Assembly: GCA_963765575.1 (NCBI GenBank)
Contig: CAVXWZ010000008.1
Span: 256,001-320,000, forward strand
Length of the DNA: 64,000 nucleotides
Origin: an uncultured cyanobacterium
Lineage (GTDB): Bacteria > Cyanobacteriota > Cyanobacteriia > PCC-6307 > Cyanobiaceae
Reading direction: 5' to 3'
Below the pieces are notes generated by a model. That model did no database searches. It was not told the origin of the DNA and was given only the letters and a program-made list of their open reading frames with translations. The translations under genes and the position numbers were made by a program. Shown one piece after another: positions 32,338 through 43,653 of this stretch. The stretch's first letter is position 1; the number at the start of each line of letters is the position of its first letter.

Positions 32338-34503
32338 GTGCCGTCCTTTCTGCTGGAGATCGGCACCGAAGAGCTGCCCGCTGATTTCGCCCGCCTGGCC
32401 CTGCCCCAGCTGCAGGGCCTGGTGGCTGCCGACCTCGCGGCCCAGCGCCTGGATCCGGCGGCGCTGGAAGTCATGGGCACACCGCGGCGGTTGGCGGTGC
32501 TGGCCCATGGCCTGGCCCCGGCCCAACCGGATCGGGACGAGGAGCGCAAGGGTCCCCCGGCGGCCCAGGCCTTCCGCGACGGCCTCCCCACCCCCGCCGC
32601 CATCGGCTTCGCCCGGCGCTGCGGCGTGGAGCCCCAGGCGCTGGAGGTGCGGGAGACGCCCAAGGGCCCCTTTGTGTTCGCCCGGGCGCTGGAGCCCGGC
32701 CAGCCTGCCGCCACAGTGCTGGTGCGGCTGATCCCCGCCTGGATCCAGGCCCTCCAGGGCCGTCGCTTCATGCGCTGGGGGGCGGGCGAGCGCCGCTTCT
32801 CCAGACCGATCCGTTGGTTGGTGGCCCTGCTCGATGCCGAGGTGCTGCCCGTGCAACTCGAGGGCTGCGACCCCGCGGTGGTGGCGGCCGCCAGCAGCCG
32901 CGGCCACCGACTCAGCAGCGGGGCGGTGGCCATTCGCTCGGCCGCCAGCTACCGCGAGGATCTGGCGGCGGCGGGAGTGGAGGTTGACCGGCACCTGCGG
33001 GCCCAGCGCATCCGCGCGGCCGTGGATGCCGCCGCCGAGCGGCACGGGGCCCGGCCCGACCTGCCCGCCGAGCTGTTCGACGAACTGGTGGATCTGGTGG
33101 AGGCGCCCCTGCCGATCGAGGGGCGCATCGATGGCCGCTACCTGGAGCTGCCGCCCGAGGTGCTGAGCACCGTGATGCGGGCCCACCAGCGCTACGTGCC
33201 CCTCTATGACCGCCAGGCCGCGATCGATCCCCTGGCCCAGAACGCCCACGGGGTGCTGCAACCACGTTTCCTCTGCATTGCCAACGCCCGCTCCGAGGCC
33301 AGCGACACCATCCGCCGGGGCAACGAGCGGGTGCTCAAGGCCCGCCTGGCGGATGCTGAATTCTTCGTCAATGCCGACCACGCCACCGCCAGCATCGATC
33401 GCCGCGAGCGGCTGGCCCGGGTCACCTTCGCCGAAGGGCTGGGTTCGTTGCTGGATCGGGTGGAACGCCTGGAGTGGTGCACCGACGTGCTGCTCGAGCA
33501 GCTCGACCTGCCCGCCGCCACCGCCGCCCATGCCCGCCGCGCCGCCCATCTCTGCAAGCACGACCTGGTCAGCCAGATGGTGGGGGAGTTCCCCGAACTG
33601 CAGGGGGTGATGGGGGGCAAGTACCTGCTGGCGGAAGGGGAGACCGCCGAGGTGTCCCTGGCCGTTCTGGAGCACTACCGGCCGCGCGGGGCGGGCGATG
33701 GGCTGCCCCGTTCCGATGCCGGGGCGGTGGTGGCGCTGGCCGAACGCCTGGAGCTGTTGCTGAGCATCTACGCCAAGGGCGAGCGTCCCAGCGGCTCGTC
33801 CGACCCCTACGCCCTGCGCCGGGCCGGCAATGGCCTGCTGCAGATCCTCTGGGACCGCCAATGGGACCTGGACCTGGTGGCGCTGCTGCAGCGTGGTGCG
33901 GCGCACTGGGCCGAGCGCTTCAGCCACTTCGCCATCGATCCCGTGGGGCTGAGGGGCGAGCTGGCCGAGTTGTTGCGTCAGCGCCTGGCGAGCCTGCTGG
34001 AGGAAGACGGGCTGGATGCCGACCTGGTGCAGGCCGTGGCCGGGGAGACGGTGCCCCTGGAGCGCTTGCTGCGCAACCCGGCCGATGCGCGGGTGCGCGC
34101 CGATCTGCTGGTGGCACTGCGCCGCTCGGGCCGGCTGGAGGCCGTGCGGGCGGTGGTCACCCGGGCCGCCCGGCTCGCGGCCAAGGCCGACTTGCCCGTC
34201 GATCAGCTGCAGGCCAGCGGCTGCGTGGATGCGCAGCTGTTCGAGAAAGCCAGTGAAACGGCGATGCTCGCGGTGTTGGGGCAGCTCGAACCCTTGGCGC
34301 AAGGCGGCCATGCCAGCAGCTACGGCGAGCTCGCCGAGAGCCTGGCCGGCAGTGCCGGCACCCTGGCCGACTTTTTCGACGGCGAGCAGAGCGTGATGGT
34401 GATGGCCGACGACCCAGCCGTGCGGCGCAACCGTCTCAACCTGCTGGCACTGCTGCGCAATCAGGCCTCTGTGCTGGCCGATTTCAGCGCCATCAGCGGC
34501 TGA
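32338..34503 (+). CDS. glyS: Glycine--tRNA ligase beta subunit
   Basis: FLLEIGTEELP, TPRRLA, EFPELQGVMG, PSGSSDPYALRR. Confidence 0.97.
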   Translation: MPSFLLEIGTEELPADFARLALPQLQGLVAADLAAQRLDPAALEVMGTPRRLAVLAHGLAPAQPDRDEERKGPPAAQAFRDGLPTPAAIGFARRCGVEPQALEVRETPKGPFVFARALEPGQPAATVLVRLIPAWIQALQGRRFMRWGAGERRFSRPIRWLVALLDAEVLPVQLEGCDPAVVAAASSRGHRLSSGAVAIRSAASYREDLAAAGVEVDRHLRAQRIRAAVDAAAERHGARPDLPAELFDELVDLVEAPLPIEGRIDGRYLELPPEVLSTVMRAHQRYVPLYDRQAAIDPLAQNAHGVLQPRFLCIANARSEASDTIRRGNERVLKARLADAEFFVNADHATASIDRRERLARVTFAEGLGSLLDRVERLEWCTDVLLEQLDLPAATAAHARRAAHLCKHDLVSQMVGEFPELQGVMGGKYLLAEGETAEVSLAVLEHYRPRGAGDGLPRSDAGAVVALAERLELLLSIYAKGERPSGSSDPYALRRAGNGLLQILWDRQWDLDLVALLQRGAAHWAERFSHFAIDPVGLRGELAELLRQRLASLLEEDGLDADLVQAVAGETVPLERLLRNPADARVRADLLVALRRSGRLEAVRAVVTRAARLAAKADLPVDQLQASGCVDAQLFEKASETAMLAVLGQLEPLAQGGHASSYGELAESLAGSAGTLADFFDGEQSVMVMADDPAVRRNRLNLLALLRNQASVLADFSAISG

Positions 34504-34528
34504 AACCGGCCAGCTCGGCAGCCTCGCC

Positions 34529-36001
34529 TCAGGCCACCCCGGCCGGCTCCCGATCTCCCTTGTCGGCCGTAGCACTGCTGCTGGCTGCGTCTGGAGCTGG
34601 GGCCTCTGCGGCCGTGACGTCAGAAACAGCCGTGACGTCAGAAACAGCCGTGGCGGCCGCCGCCATCTGTGCGGCCTGGCGCTTCTCCTTGGAGGCGTTG
34701 ATGCCCCCCTTGATGCTGCTCACCGCCAACAGGGCGTTGACTTCGGCGTCATCCCGCACGGTGCTGGGCACCGGCGTGTAGGTCTGGGGCGCCAGGGCAT
34801 TGCCGCGCAGCACGGCTCCGAGGGTGAGCAGGGTCAATTTCAGTTGCTGCCACGGATTCATCGCCACCACCCGCTTGTAGAGGTAGCTGTCGAAGGTGAG
34901 GCGCTGCACGTCTTTGTCGTCGCACATTTCGACGAAGGCCTCACGGGCGGCGTCGTTCCGATAAAAGATGTTCTGCAGAAGCTCCAGAACTTTGTAGGTG
35001 GTGCCGTACTGACGGTCCCATTTCTTCAGATACTTCTTGAGGTCGGCTTCGCTGGGGATGCGCTGACCGCCCTCGCTGGCCGCGACAATCTGCTCAGCAC
35101 ACATCCGACCGCTCTTGGCGGCGAAATAGATGCCTTCGCCCGAGCTCTTGGTGACATAGCCGGCGGCGTCACCCACCAGGGCCATGCGGCCAACAACCCG
35201 GCGCGGACGGGGATGTTCGGGGATCGGGTGGGCCTCCACCTTGATCACCTCGCCCTTCACCAAACGCTTCTTGGCCCGCTCGCGGATACCCACCTGCAGG
35301 CTCTTGATCAGGGCCTGATTCTCCTGCATCGTGCCTGTACCGACAGCAACATGATCATATTTGGGAAACACCCAGGCATAGAAGTCAGGCGAAACATCTG
35401 TGCCGACATACATCTCCGCGAGATCTTCGTAGTAGCTCATCTCTTCAGGTGGAAGCTTGATGCGCTCCTGGAAGGCGATGGCCACGTTGTAATCACCCGC
35501 ATCCATGGCCTTGGCCACCCGGCTGTTGGCGCCATCGGCCCCCACGATCAGGTCCACTTCAAGGCTGCGGGTCTCGCCGGTGGCCTCACCACCGCTGTAA
35601 TCGGAATAGGTGAGCGTGTAGGGGCCCTGGCGGTTAGCACCGGTGTCGATCTTGGTAACGAGACCGTTGACCAAGTGGGCACCGAGGTCGGCGGCACGGT
35701 TGCGCAGGAATGAATCCAGCACCTCACGCCGACACATGCCGATGTATTCATCCTCATTATCGAGATGAATGTCCACCTCGCGATTGGAAGGTGAGATCAT
35801 TCTCATGTTCCGCACTTTGCGGTCGATGATTGAGTCTGGCAAGTCGAATTCGTTGACCATGCAAAGCGGAATGGCACCACCACATGGTTTTGCGTTATCG
35901 AGCTTGCGCTCGAAGATCCACGTTTCGATACCGGCCTTGGCCAGAATCTCGGCGGTGCATGAACCGCTGGGACCACCGCCCACGACTGCCACTCGCACCA
36001 T
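34529..36001 (-). CDS. chlP: Geranylgeranyl reductase
   Basis: VVGGGPSG, KPCGGAIP, GDAAGYVTKSSGEGIYFAAKSG. Confidence 0.98.
   Translation of the reverse strand: MVRVAVVGGGPSGSCTAEILAKAGIETWIFERKLDNAKPCGGAIPLCMVNEFDLPDSIIDRKVRNMRMISPSNREVDIHLDNEDEYIGMCRREVLDSFLRNRAADLGAHLVNGLVTKIDTGANRQGPYTLTYSDYSGGEATGETRSLEVDLIVGADGANSRVAKAMDAGDYNVAIAFQERIKLPPEEMSYYEDLAEMYVGTDVSPDFYAWVFPKYDHVAVGTGTMQENQALIKSLQVGIRERAKKRLVKGEVIKVEAHPIPEHPRPRRVVGRMALVGDAAGYVTKSSGEGIYFAAKSGRMCAEQIVAASEGGQRIPSEADLKKYLKKWDRQYGTTYKVLELLQNIFYRNDAAREAFVEMCDDKDVQRLTFDSYLYKRVVAMNPWQQLKLTLLTLGAVLRGNALAPQTYTPVPSTVRDDAEVNALLAVSSIKGGINASKEKRQAAQMAAAATAVSDVTAVSDVTAAEAPAPDAASSSATADKGDREPAGVA
34611..34652. repeat. 18-nt tandem repeat (2.3 copies) in the chlP C-terminal tail
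   Basis: GCCGTGACGTCAGAAACA at 34611 and 34629, plus GCCGTG at 34647; encodes TAVSDV x2. Confidence 0.9.
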
Positions 36002-36099
36002 CGTTTGCTCGCCCAGAAGGCGTTGAGAAGTGGCCGGAAGCTAACACCGTTGTGCCTGTGGGAGGGGCTGAACCCGTGGTCCCACTTAGGATCTTCACG

Positions 36100-36939
36100 G
36101 TGTGTTGTCTGCGGGCAACCCACCCCAGACCAACAGCTGCCGTAGCCATCGCTTCGCCCCAGCCCCCTTCCCCGTCCGGCGGCGCCAATCCCCTCAGGGG
36201 GCTCAGCGCCGGCCGCAGCGGCAAGGCGGCGCTGGACGACATTCCCGTTGCTCAGCGCACCCAGATTCAGCGGCCGCCCCGCTCGAGGCTGCTCAACCGT
36301 CTCGGCCTGATCGGGCTGGCTGTCTCCCTGGCCGGGATCTCAGCGGTGCTCGTCTTCCCCCAGACCCTGCGGCTCTGGCTCACGGCACCGCCGGTGGAGG
36401 GGCTCAATGCCCGCACCACCGCCGATGGTCGGCTGCTCGGTCACTTCCCCTATGCCGAGGCCGCTGCGGAGGATCTGGTGGAGGTGGCCCCGGGCCACGC
36501 CCTGCACCGGGATGCCGCCACCGCGCTGCTGGCGATGCAGCGAGCCGCGGCCGCGGACGGAGTTCAGCTGGAGCTGCTCAGTGCCTTCAGGCCAGCCGAC
36601 CTGCAGAAGGTGCTGTTTTTTGACATCAAGTCAGAACGCAACCAGAGCGCCCTGGAAAGGGCCGAGGTGAGTGCCCCGCCTGGCTTCTCCGAGCACAGCA
36701 CCGGTTACGCGATCGACCTGGGTGACGCCTACGCACCCCAGAGTCATCTGTCCGTGGCCTTCGCGAGCACCGAGGCCTTCGCCTGGCTGCAGGCCAATGC
36801 CGCCCGGCATCACTTCATTCTGTCGTTTCCGCCGAGCAACGCCCAAGGGGTGAGCTACGAGCCCTGGCACTGGCGATTTGAGGGCACGGCTGCTGCCCTG
36901 CAGCTGTTCGAGCCCGCCCAGCGGCTGAGCCGCAACTGA
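36100..36939 (+). CDS. D-alanyl-D-alanine carboxypeptidase (M15B, VanY-like); start uncertain
   Basis: LLGHFPY, SAPPGFSEHSTGYAIDL, YEPWHWRF; one TM. Confidence 0.88.
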   Translation: MCCLRATHPRPTAAVAIASPQPPSPSGGANPLRGLSAGRSGKAALDDIPVAQRTQIQRPPRSRLLNRLGLIGLAVSLAGISAVLVFPQTLRLWLTAPPVEGLNARTTADGRLLGHFPYAEAAAEDLVEVAPGHALHRDAATALLAMQRAAAADGVQLELLSAFRPADLQKVLFFDIKSERNQSALERAEVSAPPGFSEHSTGYAIDLGDAYAPQSHLSVAFASTEAFAWLQANAARHHFILSFPPSNAQGVSYEPWHWRFEGTAAALQLFEPAQRLSRN

Positions 36940-37062
36940 GGGCAGGGTGCGCTGGGGCGCGGGGCTGGGGCGGTCGGTGATCAGCCGTTGCCTGAGCAGT
37001 GCCTGCATCATCGGCTATGATAAAGGGCTGATAACAATCCAAATCGCAGGAATTCTTAAAGT

Positions 37063-38871
37063 ATGAGCGGCGCACATCCCGGCACGCCGATTCGCAACAT
37101 TGCGATCATTGCCCACGTTGACCACGGCAAAACCACCCTCGTCGACGCGCTGCTCGCCCAGTCGGGCATCTTCCGCGACAACGAAGCGGTGCCCACCTGC
37201 GTGATGGACTCCAACGATCTGGAGCGCGAACGGGGCATCACGATCCTCAGCAAAAACACGGCCGTCGATTTTCAAGGCATTCGCATCAACATCGTTGACA
37301 CGCCTGGCCACGCCGATTTCGGTGGCGAGGTGGAACGGGTGCTGGGCATGGTGGACGGCTGTCTCCTGATCGTGGACGCCAACGAGGGGCCCATGCCCCA
37401 GACCCGCTTCGTGCTCAAGAAGGCCTTGGAGAAGGGCCTGCGGCCGATCGTCTTCGTCAACAAGATTGACCGTGCCCGCGTCGACCCCGAGATCGCTGTG
37501 GACAAGGTGCTCGACCTGTTCCTGGAACTCGGTGCCGACGACGACCAGTGCGATTTTCCCTATCTGTTCGGTAGTGGCATGGCCGGTTACGCCAAGCCGG
37601 ACATGAAGACCGAGAGCGACACGATGCTGCCGCTCTTCGAGGCCATCCTGCGCCACGTGCCGCCGCCGGTCGGTGACCCCGCCAAGCCCCTGCAACTGCA
37701 GGTCACCACCCTCGACTACAGCGACTTCCTCGGCCGGATCATGATCGGCCGCATTCACAACGGCACCATCAAGGCCGGCCAGCCCGCTGCGCTCTTGCGC
37801 GATGACGGCAGCGTCAAGCGCGGCCGCATCAGCAAGCTGCTGGGCTTCCAGGGCCTGCAGCGGGTGGAGATCGCCCAGGCCGCCGCCGGTGATCTGGTGG
37901 CCGTGGCCGGTTTCGATGAAGTGAACATCGGTGAAACCATTGCCTGCCCTGACAACCCCGAGGCCCTGCCCCTGATCCGGGTGGATGAGCCCACCCTGCA
38001 GATGACCTTCGTGGTCAACGATTCGCCCTTTGCCGGCAAGGAGGGCAAGTTCGTCACCAGCCGCCAGATCCGCGATCGCTTGCAGAAGGAGCTGCTCACC
38101 AACGTGGCCCTGCGCGTGGAGGACACCGACTCCCCCGATCGCTGGGCTGTGAGCGGACGGGGTGAGCTGCACCTCGGCATCCTGATCGAAACCATGCGCC
38201 GCGAGGGCTATGAGTTTCAGGTGAGCCAGCCCCAGGTGATCTTCCGCACCATCGACGGCACACCCCATGAGCCCTTCGAAACCCTGGTGCTGGACGTTCC
38301 CGAGGCTTCGGTGGGGTCCTGCATCGAAAAACTGGGCGTGCGCAAGTCGGAGATGCAGAACATGGAGGCCACCAACGACGGCCGCACTCAGCTGGAATTC
38401 GTGATCCCGGCCCGGGGGCTGATCGGTTTCCGCGGCGAATTCATCCGCGCCACCCGCGGCGAGGGGATCATGAGCCACTCCTTCCTCGACTACAGGCCGA
38501 TGCAGGGTGACGTGGAAGCCCGGCGCAGTGGCGTGCTGATTGCCTTCGAGGAAGGCACGGCCACCTTCTATGCCCTCAAGGGGGCGGAAGACCGCGGCCA
38601 GTTCTTCATCACTCCTGGCACCAAGGTGTACAAGGGCATGATCGTGGGCGAGAACAGTCGTACGCAGGACCTCGAACTCAACGTCTGCAAGGCCAAGCAG
38701 GTGACCAACATCCGCTCCGCCGGGGCCGAAGTGCTCGACACCCTGCAATCCCCCGTTCAGATGACCCTCGAGCGTGCCCTCGAATACATCGGCCCGGATG
38801 AAATGCTGGAAGTGACGCCCGAATCCATTCGCCTGCGCAAGCTGCCGGTGAAGAAGGCAGCCCGGCGTTGA
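37063..38871 (+). CDS. typA: Translational GTPase TypA/BipA
   Basis: [41 protein letters not shown]. Confidence 0.98.
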   Translation: MSGAHPGTPIRNIAIIAHVDHGKTTLVDALLAQSGIFRDNEAVPTCVMDSNDLERERGITILSKNTAVDFQGIRINIVDTPGHADFGGEVERVLGMVDGCLLIVDANEGPMPQTRFVLKKALEKGLRPIVFVNKIDRARVDPEIAVDKVLDLFLELGADDDQCDFPYLFGSGMAGYAKPDMKTESDTMLPLFEAILRHVPPPVGDPAKPLQLQVTTLDYSDFLGRIMIGRIHNGTIKAGQPAALLRDDGSVKRGRISKLLGFQGLQRVEIAQAAAGDLVAVAGFDEVNIGETIACPDNPEALPLIRVDEPTLQMTFVVNDSPFAGKEGKFVTSRQIRDRLQKELLTNVALRVEDTDSPDRWAVSGRGELHLGILIETMRREGYEFQVSQPQVIFRTIDGTPHEPFETLVLDVPEASVGSCIEKLGVRKSEMQNMEATNDGRTQLEFVIPARGLIGFRGEFIRATRGEGIMSHSFLDYRPMQGDVEARRSGVLIAFEEGTATFYALKGAEDRGQFFITPGTKVYKGMIVGENSRTQDLELNVCKAKQVTNIRSAGAEVLDTLQSPVQMTLERALEYIGPDEMLEVTPESIRLRKLPVKKAARR

Positions 38872-39293
38872 GCGCTGAGTCGAAGGCGTTCAGCGCTGAG
38901 TCTGAAGAGGTTCGCCTGCTGGCCGACCCCCGCCTGCAGCAGGCCATGGCCCTTTTCAACGCGGCGGATTGGTATGCCTGTCATGACGCCTTTGAGGAGC
39001 TCTGGCATGAGACGGCCGGGCCCATGCGGCCGGTGCTTCAGGGGATCCTGCAGATTGCCGTTGGCCAGCTGCACCATTCCCGTGGCAACCGGCGGGGAGC
39101 CACGGTGCTGACCGGCGAAGGCTTGGGGCGGTTGCGCTCGGCCCCTGCCGAAGCCCTGGATCTTGACTTGGAGGCCCTCAGAAGCAGCGCCAGCGGTTGG
39201 CTCGAGGCCCTTCAGTCCGCAGGTGAGGTTCCCGCCATGGCGGCTCCGGTGCTGCGTCGCAGCGCTACGGAGGCCAGTGGATCGCATCGGTAG
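38868..39293 (+). CDS. DUF309 domain protein
   Basis: LFNAADWYACHDAFEELW, QGILQIAV. Confidence 0.85.
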   Translation: MSAESKAFSAESEEVRLLADPRLQQAMALFNAADWYACHDAFEELWHETAGPMRPVLQGILQIAVGQLHHSRGNRRGATVLTGEGLGRLRSAPAEALDLDLEALRSSASGWLEALQSAGEVPAMAAPVLRRSATEASGSHR

Positions 39294-39342
39294 ATTTCCC
39301 AAGTCTGTGGCCACCCAGCGCCGCCGCTACCACCGCTTGTCC

Positions 39343-39804
39343 GTGCACGCTCCCTCCCGTCAGAGCCCCAGGCCGCTGGCCAGCCTGGGGTTGCTGGCCC
39401 TGATCGCCTGTTCCAGCCTGCGGGCCACAGCGGTCGACGCCCAGAGCGCCGCCACCGCGCCACCCCCCTCCGCGGGAGTCGTGTCGATCGAATCAGACCT
39501 GCAACGGGCAGACAACATCACGGGTGTGATCACGGCCACCGGCAATGTGCGCATCGTTTATCCCGACCGCCAGGTGGTGGCCACGGCCCGCCAGGCCCAG
39601 TACTTCAGCCTTGAAGGCCGGGTGGTGCTCAGTGGTGATGTGGACGTGATTCAGCTGGATGGACCCTCGATCCAGGCCGATCGCATCACCTACCTGGTGG
39701 AGCAGGAGCGGGTGATCGCCGAACCCGCCGACGGCGCCCAGGTGATCAGCCGCTTCCCCGTCGAACCGCTGCGGAGCGAGGCGCCGACGGCGCCGGCCCC
39801 ATGA
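39343..39804 (+). CDS. LptA/OstA family protein
   Basis: Signal-like N-terminus, TATGNVRI, LSGDVDVIQ; upstream of lptB. Confidence 0.82.
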   Translation: MHAPSRQSPRPLASLGLLALIACSSLRATAVDAQSAATAPPPSAGVVSIESDLQRADNITGVITATGNVRIVYPDRQVVATARQAQYFSLEGRVVLSGDVDVIQLDGPSIQADRITYLVEQERVIAEPADGAQVISRFPVEPLRSEAPTAPAP

Positions 39805-40529
39805 GCCTGGCCCTTGAGGACGTGCTCCTGGCCATCGGCGGCCGGGTGCTCGTCAACCATGTGTCGATCAGGCTGGAGCCCGGCGAAGTGGTGGGCTTGC
39901 TGGGCCCCAATGGTGCCGGCAAGACCACCACCTTCTCCCTGGTCACCGGCCTGCTGCGACCGGACGCCGGCCGGGTGCTTCTCGACGGCTTTGATATCTC
40001 CGGTGAGTCGATGCCGCGCCGCGCCGCACTCGGCATCGGCTATCTGCCCCAGGAGCCCAGCGTCTTTCGCCAGCTCAGCGTGCGCGACAACCTGCGCCTC
40101 AGCCTTGAGCAGAGCGGCACCCCCAGGCCCCTGCGCCGCCAGCGACTGGAGACGCTGATCGCCGAATTCCATCTCAGTGGCTTCGAGCAGCGCCGGGGCT
40201 ACCAGCTCTCCGGTGGCGAGCGCCGACGCACCGAGGTGGCCCGTGCCCTGGCGGTGGGGGAGGCGGGGCCCCGCTTTCTGCTGCTGGATGAGCCCTTCGC
40301 CGGCGTCGATCCGATTGCCGTGGCCGACCTCCAGGAGCTGATCGCCGGCCTGCGCCGGCGGGGAATGGGCCTGCTGATCACCGACCACAACGTGCGCGAG
40401 ACCCTGGCGATCACCGATCGCGCCTACATCCTGTCGGAGGGCGGCATTCTGGCGTCAGGAACGTCCCAGGCGGTGGGCCACGATCCGCTCGTGCGCAGCC
40501 ACTACCTGGGGGAGGGGTTCCGGCTGTGA
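39801..40529 (+). CDS. lptB: LPS export ABC transporter ATP-binding protein
   Basis: GPNGAGKTT, YLPQEPSVF, LDEPFAGVDP, ITDHNVRETL. Confidence 0.95.
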   Translation: MSLALEDVLLAIGGRVLVNHVSIRLEPGEVVGLLGPNGAGKTTTFSLVTGLLRPDAGRVLLDGFDISGESMPRRAALGIGYLPQEPSVFRQLSVRDNLRLSLEQSGTPRPLRRQRLETLIAEFHLSGFEQRRGYQLSGGERRRTEVARALAVGEAGPRFLLLDEPFAGVDPIAVADLQELIAGLRRRGMGLLITDHNVRETLAITDRAYILSEGGILASGTSQAVGHDPLVRSHYLGEGFRL

Positions 40530-41704
40530 GCGTGCCGCGTCGTGTGCTGCGAACCCTGGCCCGCCCCTGGCGGCAGCTGCCGCTGCTGGACCGCTGGCTG
40601 CTGGGCGAGTTGATCGGCCCCCTGCTGTTCGGCATCGGCGCCTTCACGGCCGTGTCGCTGTCCGTGGGGGCGGTGTTCGAGCTCGTGCGCCGCATCGCCG
40701 AGTCGGGCCTGCCGGTGGGCATCGCCCTGCAGGTGCTGGCCCTGGAGCTGCCCTCTTTCCTGGTGCTCTCCTTCCCCATGGCCACCCTGATGGCCTGCCT
40801 GCTCACCTACAGCAAGCTCTCGGGCAACAGCGAACTCACGGCCCTGCGCAGCATCGGTGTGACCACCTTGCGCATGGTGCTGCCAGCCCTGGCCCTGGCC
40901 CTGGTGATGACCCTGCTCACCTTCGGCTTCAACGAAGCTGTGGTGCCCCACACCCTGGTGCAGGCCACGGCAACCCTGGACAGGGCTGTGGGCCGCGCGG
41001 TGGTGGGGGAGGACCGGGAGCGGGTGAGCTATTCCCGCTACGACCGGGTCACCCAGGCCGATGGCAGTCGGGATCGCACCCTCACCCACTTCTTCTATGC
41101 CCAGCGACTCAACCAGGGGGTGATGGAGCAGGTGACGGTGCTGGATCTCTCCCAACCGGGACAGCGGCTGATGCTCACCGCTGAGGAAGGCCGCTGGAAC
41201 GACGAGGAGGCCATGTGGGAATTCCTCGACGGCAAGCTCTACGTCGTCAGTGACAAGGGCGGCGAGCGCATCACCTCGGCGCGCTTTGATCGCTACCTCT
41301 ATCCCTTGGGCAACCAGCCCCTGCAGGTGGCCAAGCTGCCCACCGACGCCGAAATGCTCACGATCGGCCAGGCCCGCACCGCCGAACGGCTGCTGCGCGA
41401 GTCGGGTGATCGCCAGGGGGCCCGCAAACTGCGCGTGCGGATCCAGGAAAAGTTCTCCTTCCCGGCGGTCTGTCTGGTGTTCGGGCTGCTGGGCAGCAGC
41501 CTTGGGGTGCGCCCCAACTCCCGGCGCAGCCGCAGCCAGGGCTTCGGCCTCAGTGTGCTGCTGATCTTCGGCTACTACGTGGTGGCCTTCAGTTTCAGCG
41601 CCATGGGGGTCAACGGCGCCCTGTCGCCCCAGCTCTCGGCCTGGCTGCCGGTGGCCATCTTCCTGGTGATCGGGGCCGGTCTTCTGCGCCAGGCCAGCCA
41701 CTAG
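40526..41704 (+). CDS. LptF/LptG family permease
   Basis: LDRWLLGELIGP, SELTALRSIG; six-TM layout. Confidence 0.9.
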   Translation: MSVPRRVLRTLARPWRQLPLLDRWLLGELIGPLLFGIGAFTAVSLSVGAVFELVRRIAESGLPVGIALQVLALELPSFLVLSFPMATLMACLLTYSKLSGNSELTALRSIGVTTLRMVLPALALALVMTLLTFGFNEAVVPHTLVQATATLDRAVGRAVVGEDRERVSYSRYDRVTQADGSRDRTLTHFFYAQRLNQGVMEQVTVLDLSQPGQRLMLTAEEGRWNDEEAMWEFLDGKLYVVSDKGGERITSARFDRYLYPLGNQPLQVAKLPTDAEMLTIGQARTAERLLRESGDRQGARKLRVRIQEKFSFPAVCLVFGLLGSSLGVRPNSRRSRSQGFGLSVLLIFGYYVVAFSFSAMGVNGALSPQLSAWLPVAIFLVIGAGLLRQASH

Positions 41705-41738
41705 GGCGGCAGACTGGTGTGCAGGTGTGCCCTGAACC

Positions 41739-42674
41739 TTGCCTGATCTGCTGCATGACCCGGTGACGGCCCTTGGCCTCGCCGCCTTCTTCCTGCTCCT
41801 GAGCGTGCTGCCGCTGGCCTTCTGGTCGCTCAGCGGCGAGCGCAGCAGCACTGCGGTGCGCGTGCTGGTGGCTACCGCCAACCTCTGCCTCACCGCCCAG
41901 CTCGTGCTGCGCTGGCTCGATTCGGGCCACTTCCCGATCAGCAACCTCTACGAGTCGCTCTGCTTCCTCGCCTGGGGCTGCACCCTGGTGCAGCTGCTGG
42001 TGGAGCGCAGCTGGCCCTCACCGCTGGTGCCGGCGGCCGCCACCCCTGTGGCCCTGGGCTGCGTGGCCTTCGCCAGCTTCGCCTTGCCTGAGAAACTGCA
42101 GGAGGCCTCACCACTGGTGCCCGCCCTGCGCTCCAGCTGGCTGATGATGCATGTCAGCGTGATCATGCTCAGCTACGCGGCCCTGCTGGTGGGCTCCCTG
42201 CTGTCATTGGCGGTGCTGCTCACCGGCCGCGGTCAGGACCTGCAGCTGCGCAGCAGTTCGATCGGCAGCGGCGGCTTCCGCCAGGCCCGGCTGGCCAGCG
42301 ACGGCCCCGGGGCCATGGCCGCGCCCCTGCAGCTGCAGAGCGTTTCGATGCCCGTAGCTGAGCAGCTGGATTCGCTCAGCTACCGCACCATCACCGTGGG
42401 CTTCATGTTGCTATCGGTGGGGCTGGTGAGTGGGGCGGTGTGGGCCAACGAGGCCTGGGGCAGCTGGTGGAGCTGGGATCCCAAAGAGACCTGGGCCCTG
42501 ATCTGCTGGCTGGTCTATGCCGCCTACCTGCACACGCGCCTGATCCGCGGCTGGCAGGGGCGGCGACCGGCGCTGGTGGCCAGTGCCGGTCTGGTGGTGA
42601 TTGCGGTCTGCTACATCGGCGTCAACCTGCTGGGCATCGGTCTGCACAGCTACGGCTGGTTCTTCGAGGGCTGA
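41739..42674 (+). CDS. ccsA: Cytochrome c biogenesis protein CcsA (CcsB)
   Basis: [29 protein letters not shown] (WWD), GLHSYG. Confidence 0.96.
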   Translation: MPDLLHDPVTALGLAAFFLLLSVLPLAFWSLSGERSSTAVRVLVATANLCLTAQLVLRWLDSGHFPISNLYESLCFLAWGCTLVQLLVERSWPSPLVPAAATPVALGCVAFASFALPEKLQEASPLVPALRSSWLMMHVSVIMLSYAALLVGSLLSLAVLLTGRGQDLQLRSSSIGSGGFRQARLASDGPGAMAAPLQLQSVSMPVAEQLDSLSYRTITVGFMLLSVGLVSGAVWANEAWGSWWSWDPKETWALICWLVYAAYLHTRLIRGWQGRRPALVASAGLVVIAVCYIGVNLLGIGLHSYGWFFEG

Positions 42675-42710
42675 TTCGAGGGGGCAGCGTCCTGCACCGC
42701 CGCCCCCCGA

Positions 42711-43394
42711 TCAGGCGGCCACCGGTGCGGGGCGGCGGCTCTTGCGGATGCCCTGGATGGCCTCGGCGTAGTCGCTGGCGCCGAACACACCCGAGCCGCT
42801 GACGATGGCGTTGGCGCCGGCCTCGATCACTTTCCAGGCGTTGGCGGGCTTGATGCCGCCATCCACCTCGATCCAGGGGTCCAGTCCCTTCTCATCGCAC
42901 ATGCGGCGCAGGGAGCGGATCTTGTCGACCTGGCTGTCAATGAAGCTCTGGCCGCCGAAACCGGGGTTCACGCTCATCACCAGCACCAGATCGCAGAGCT
43001 CAAGGCAGTACTCGAGGGTGTCGATCGGGGTGCTGGGGTTGAGCACCGCACCCGCCTTCTTGCCGAGGTCGCGGATCTGGGCCAGGTTGCGGTGCAGGTG
43101 CGGACAGGCTTCCACCTGCACGGAAATGATGTCGGCGCCAGCGTCGGCAAAGTCAGCCACATACTTCTCAGGCTCCACGATCATCAGGTGGACGTCGAGG
43201 GGCTTGCTGGTGACCGGCCGCAGGGCCTTGACGATCAGGGGGCCGATGGTGATGTTGGGCACGAAGCGGCCATCCATCACATCCACGTGGATCCAGTCGG
43301 CACCGGCCTGATCCACGGCGCGCACGTCATCACCCAGTCGGGAGAAATCGGCCGACAGGATGGACGGTGAGACCACCAGTGACTTCGCGCTCAT
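42711..43394 (-). CDS. rpe: Ribulose-phosphate 3-epimerase
   Basis: [36 protein letters not shown]. Confidence 0.98.
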   Translation of the reverse strand: MSAKSLVVSPSILSADFSRLGDDVRAVDQAGADWIHVDVMDGRFVPNITIGPLIVKALRPVTSKPLDVHLMIVEPEKYVADFADAGADIISVQVEACPHLHRNLAQIRDLGKKAGAVLNPSTPIDTLEYCLELCDLVLVMSVNPGFGGQSFIDSQVDKIRSLRRMCDEKGLDPWIEVDGGIKPANAWKVIEAGANAIVSGSGVFGASDYAEAIQGIRKSRRPAPVAA

Positions 43395-43653
43395 GGGGGA
43401 TGCCGGCAAGGAACAATCATTGTAGGAACAGGGCCTGTCCGCCTCCGGCCGAGACCGCTGCCGCCACCTGGTGGGGGCAGCTTGGCAACGGGCCTGGTCA
43501 GGGGCCGCTGATACAGTGACGCCGCTTCAGGCCCGGGAGGCAGCGCAGGGGCAGGGCTCCGGGTCAGGGCTGACGGGTCAACCGATCAGCGATCCCAGCA
43601 CCGCTTCTGAGGCCAGGCTCCCGTGCCAGCCCCTTCCTCCCTGCCGGATCACT

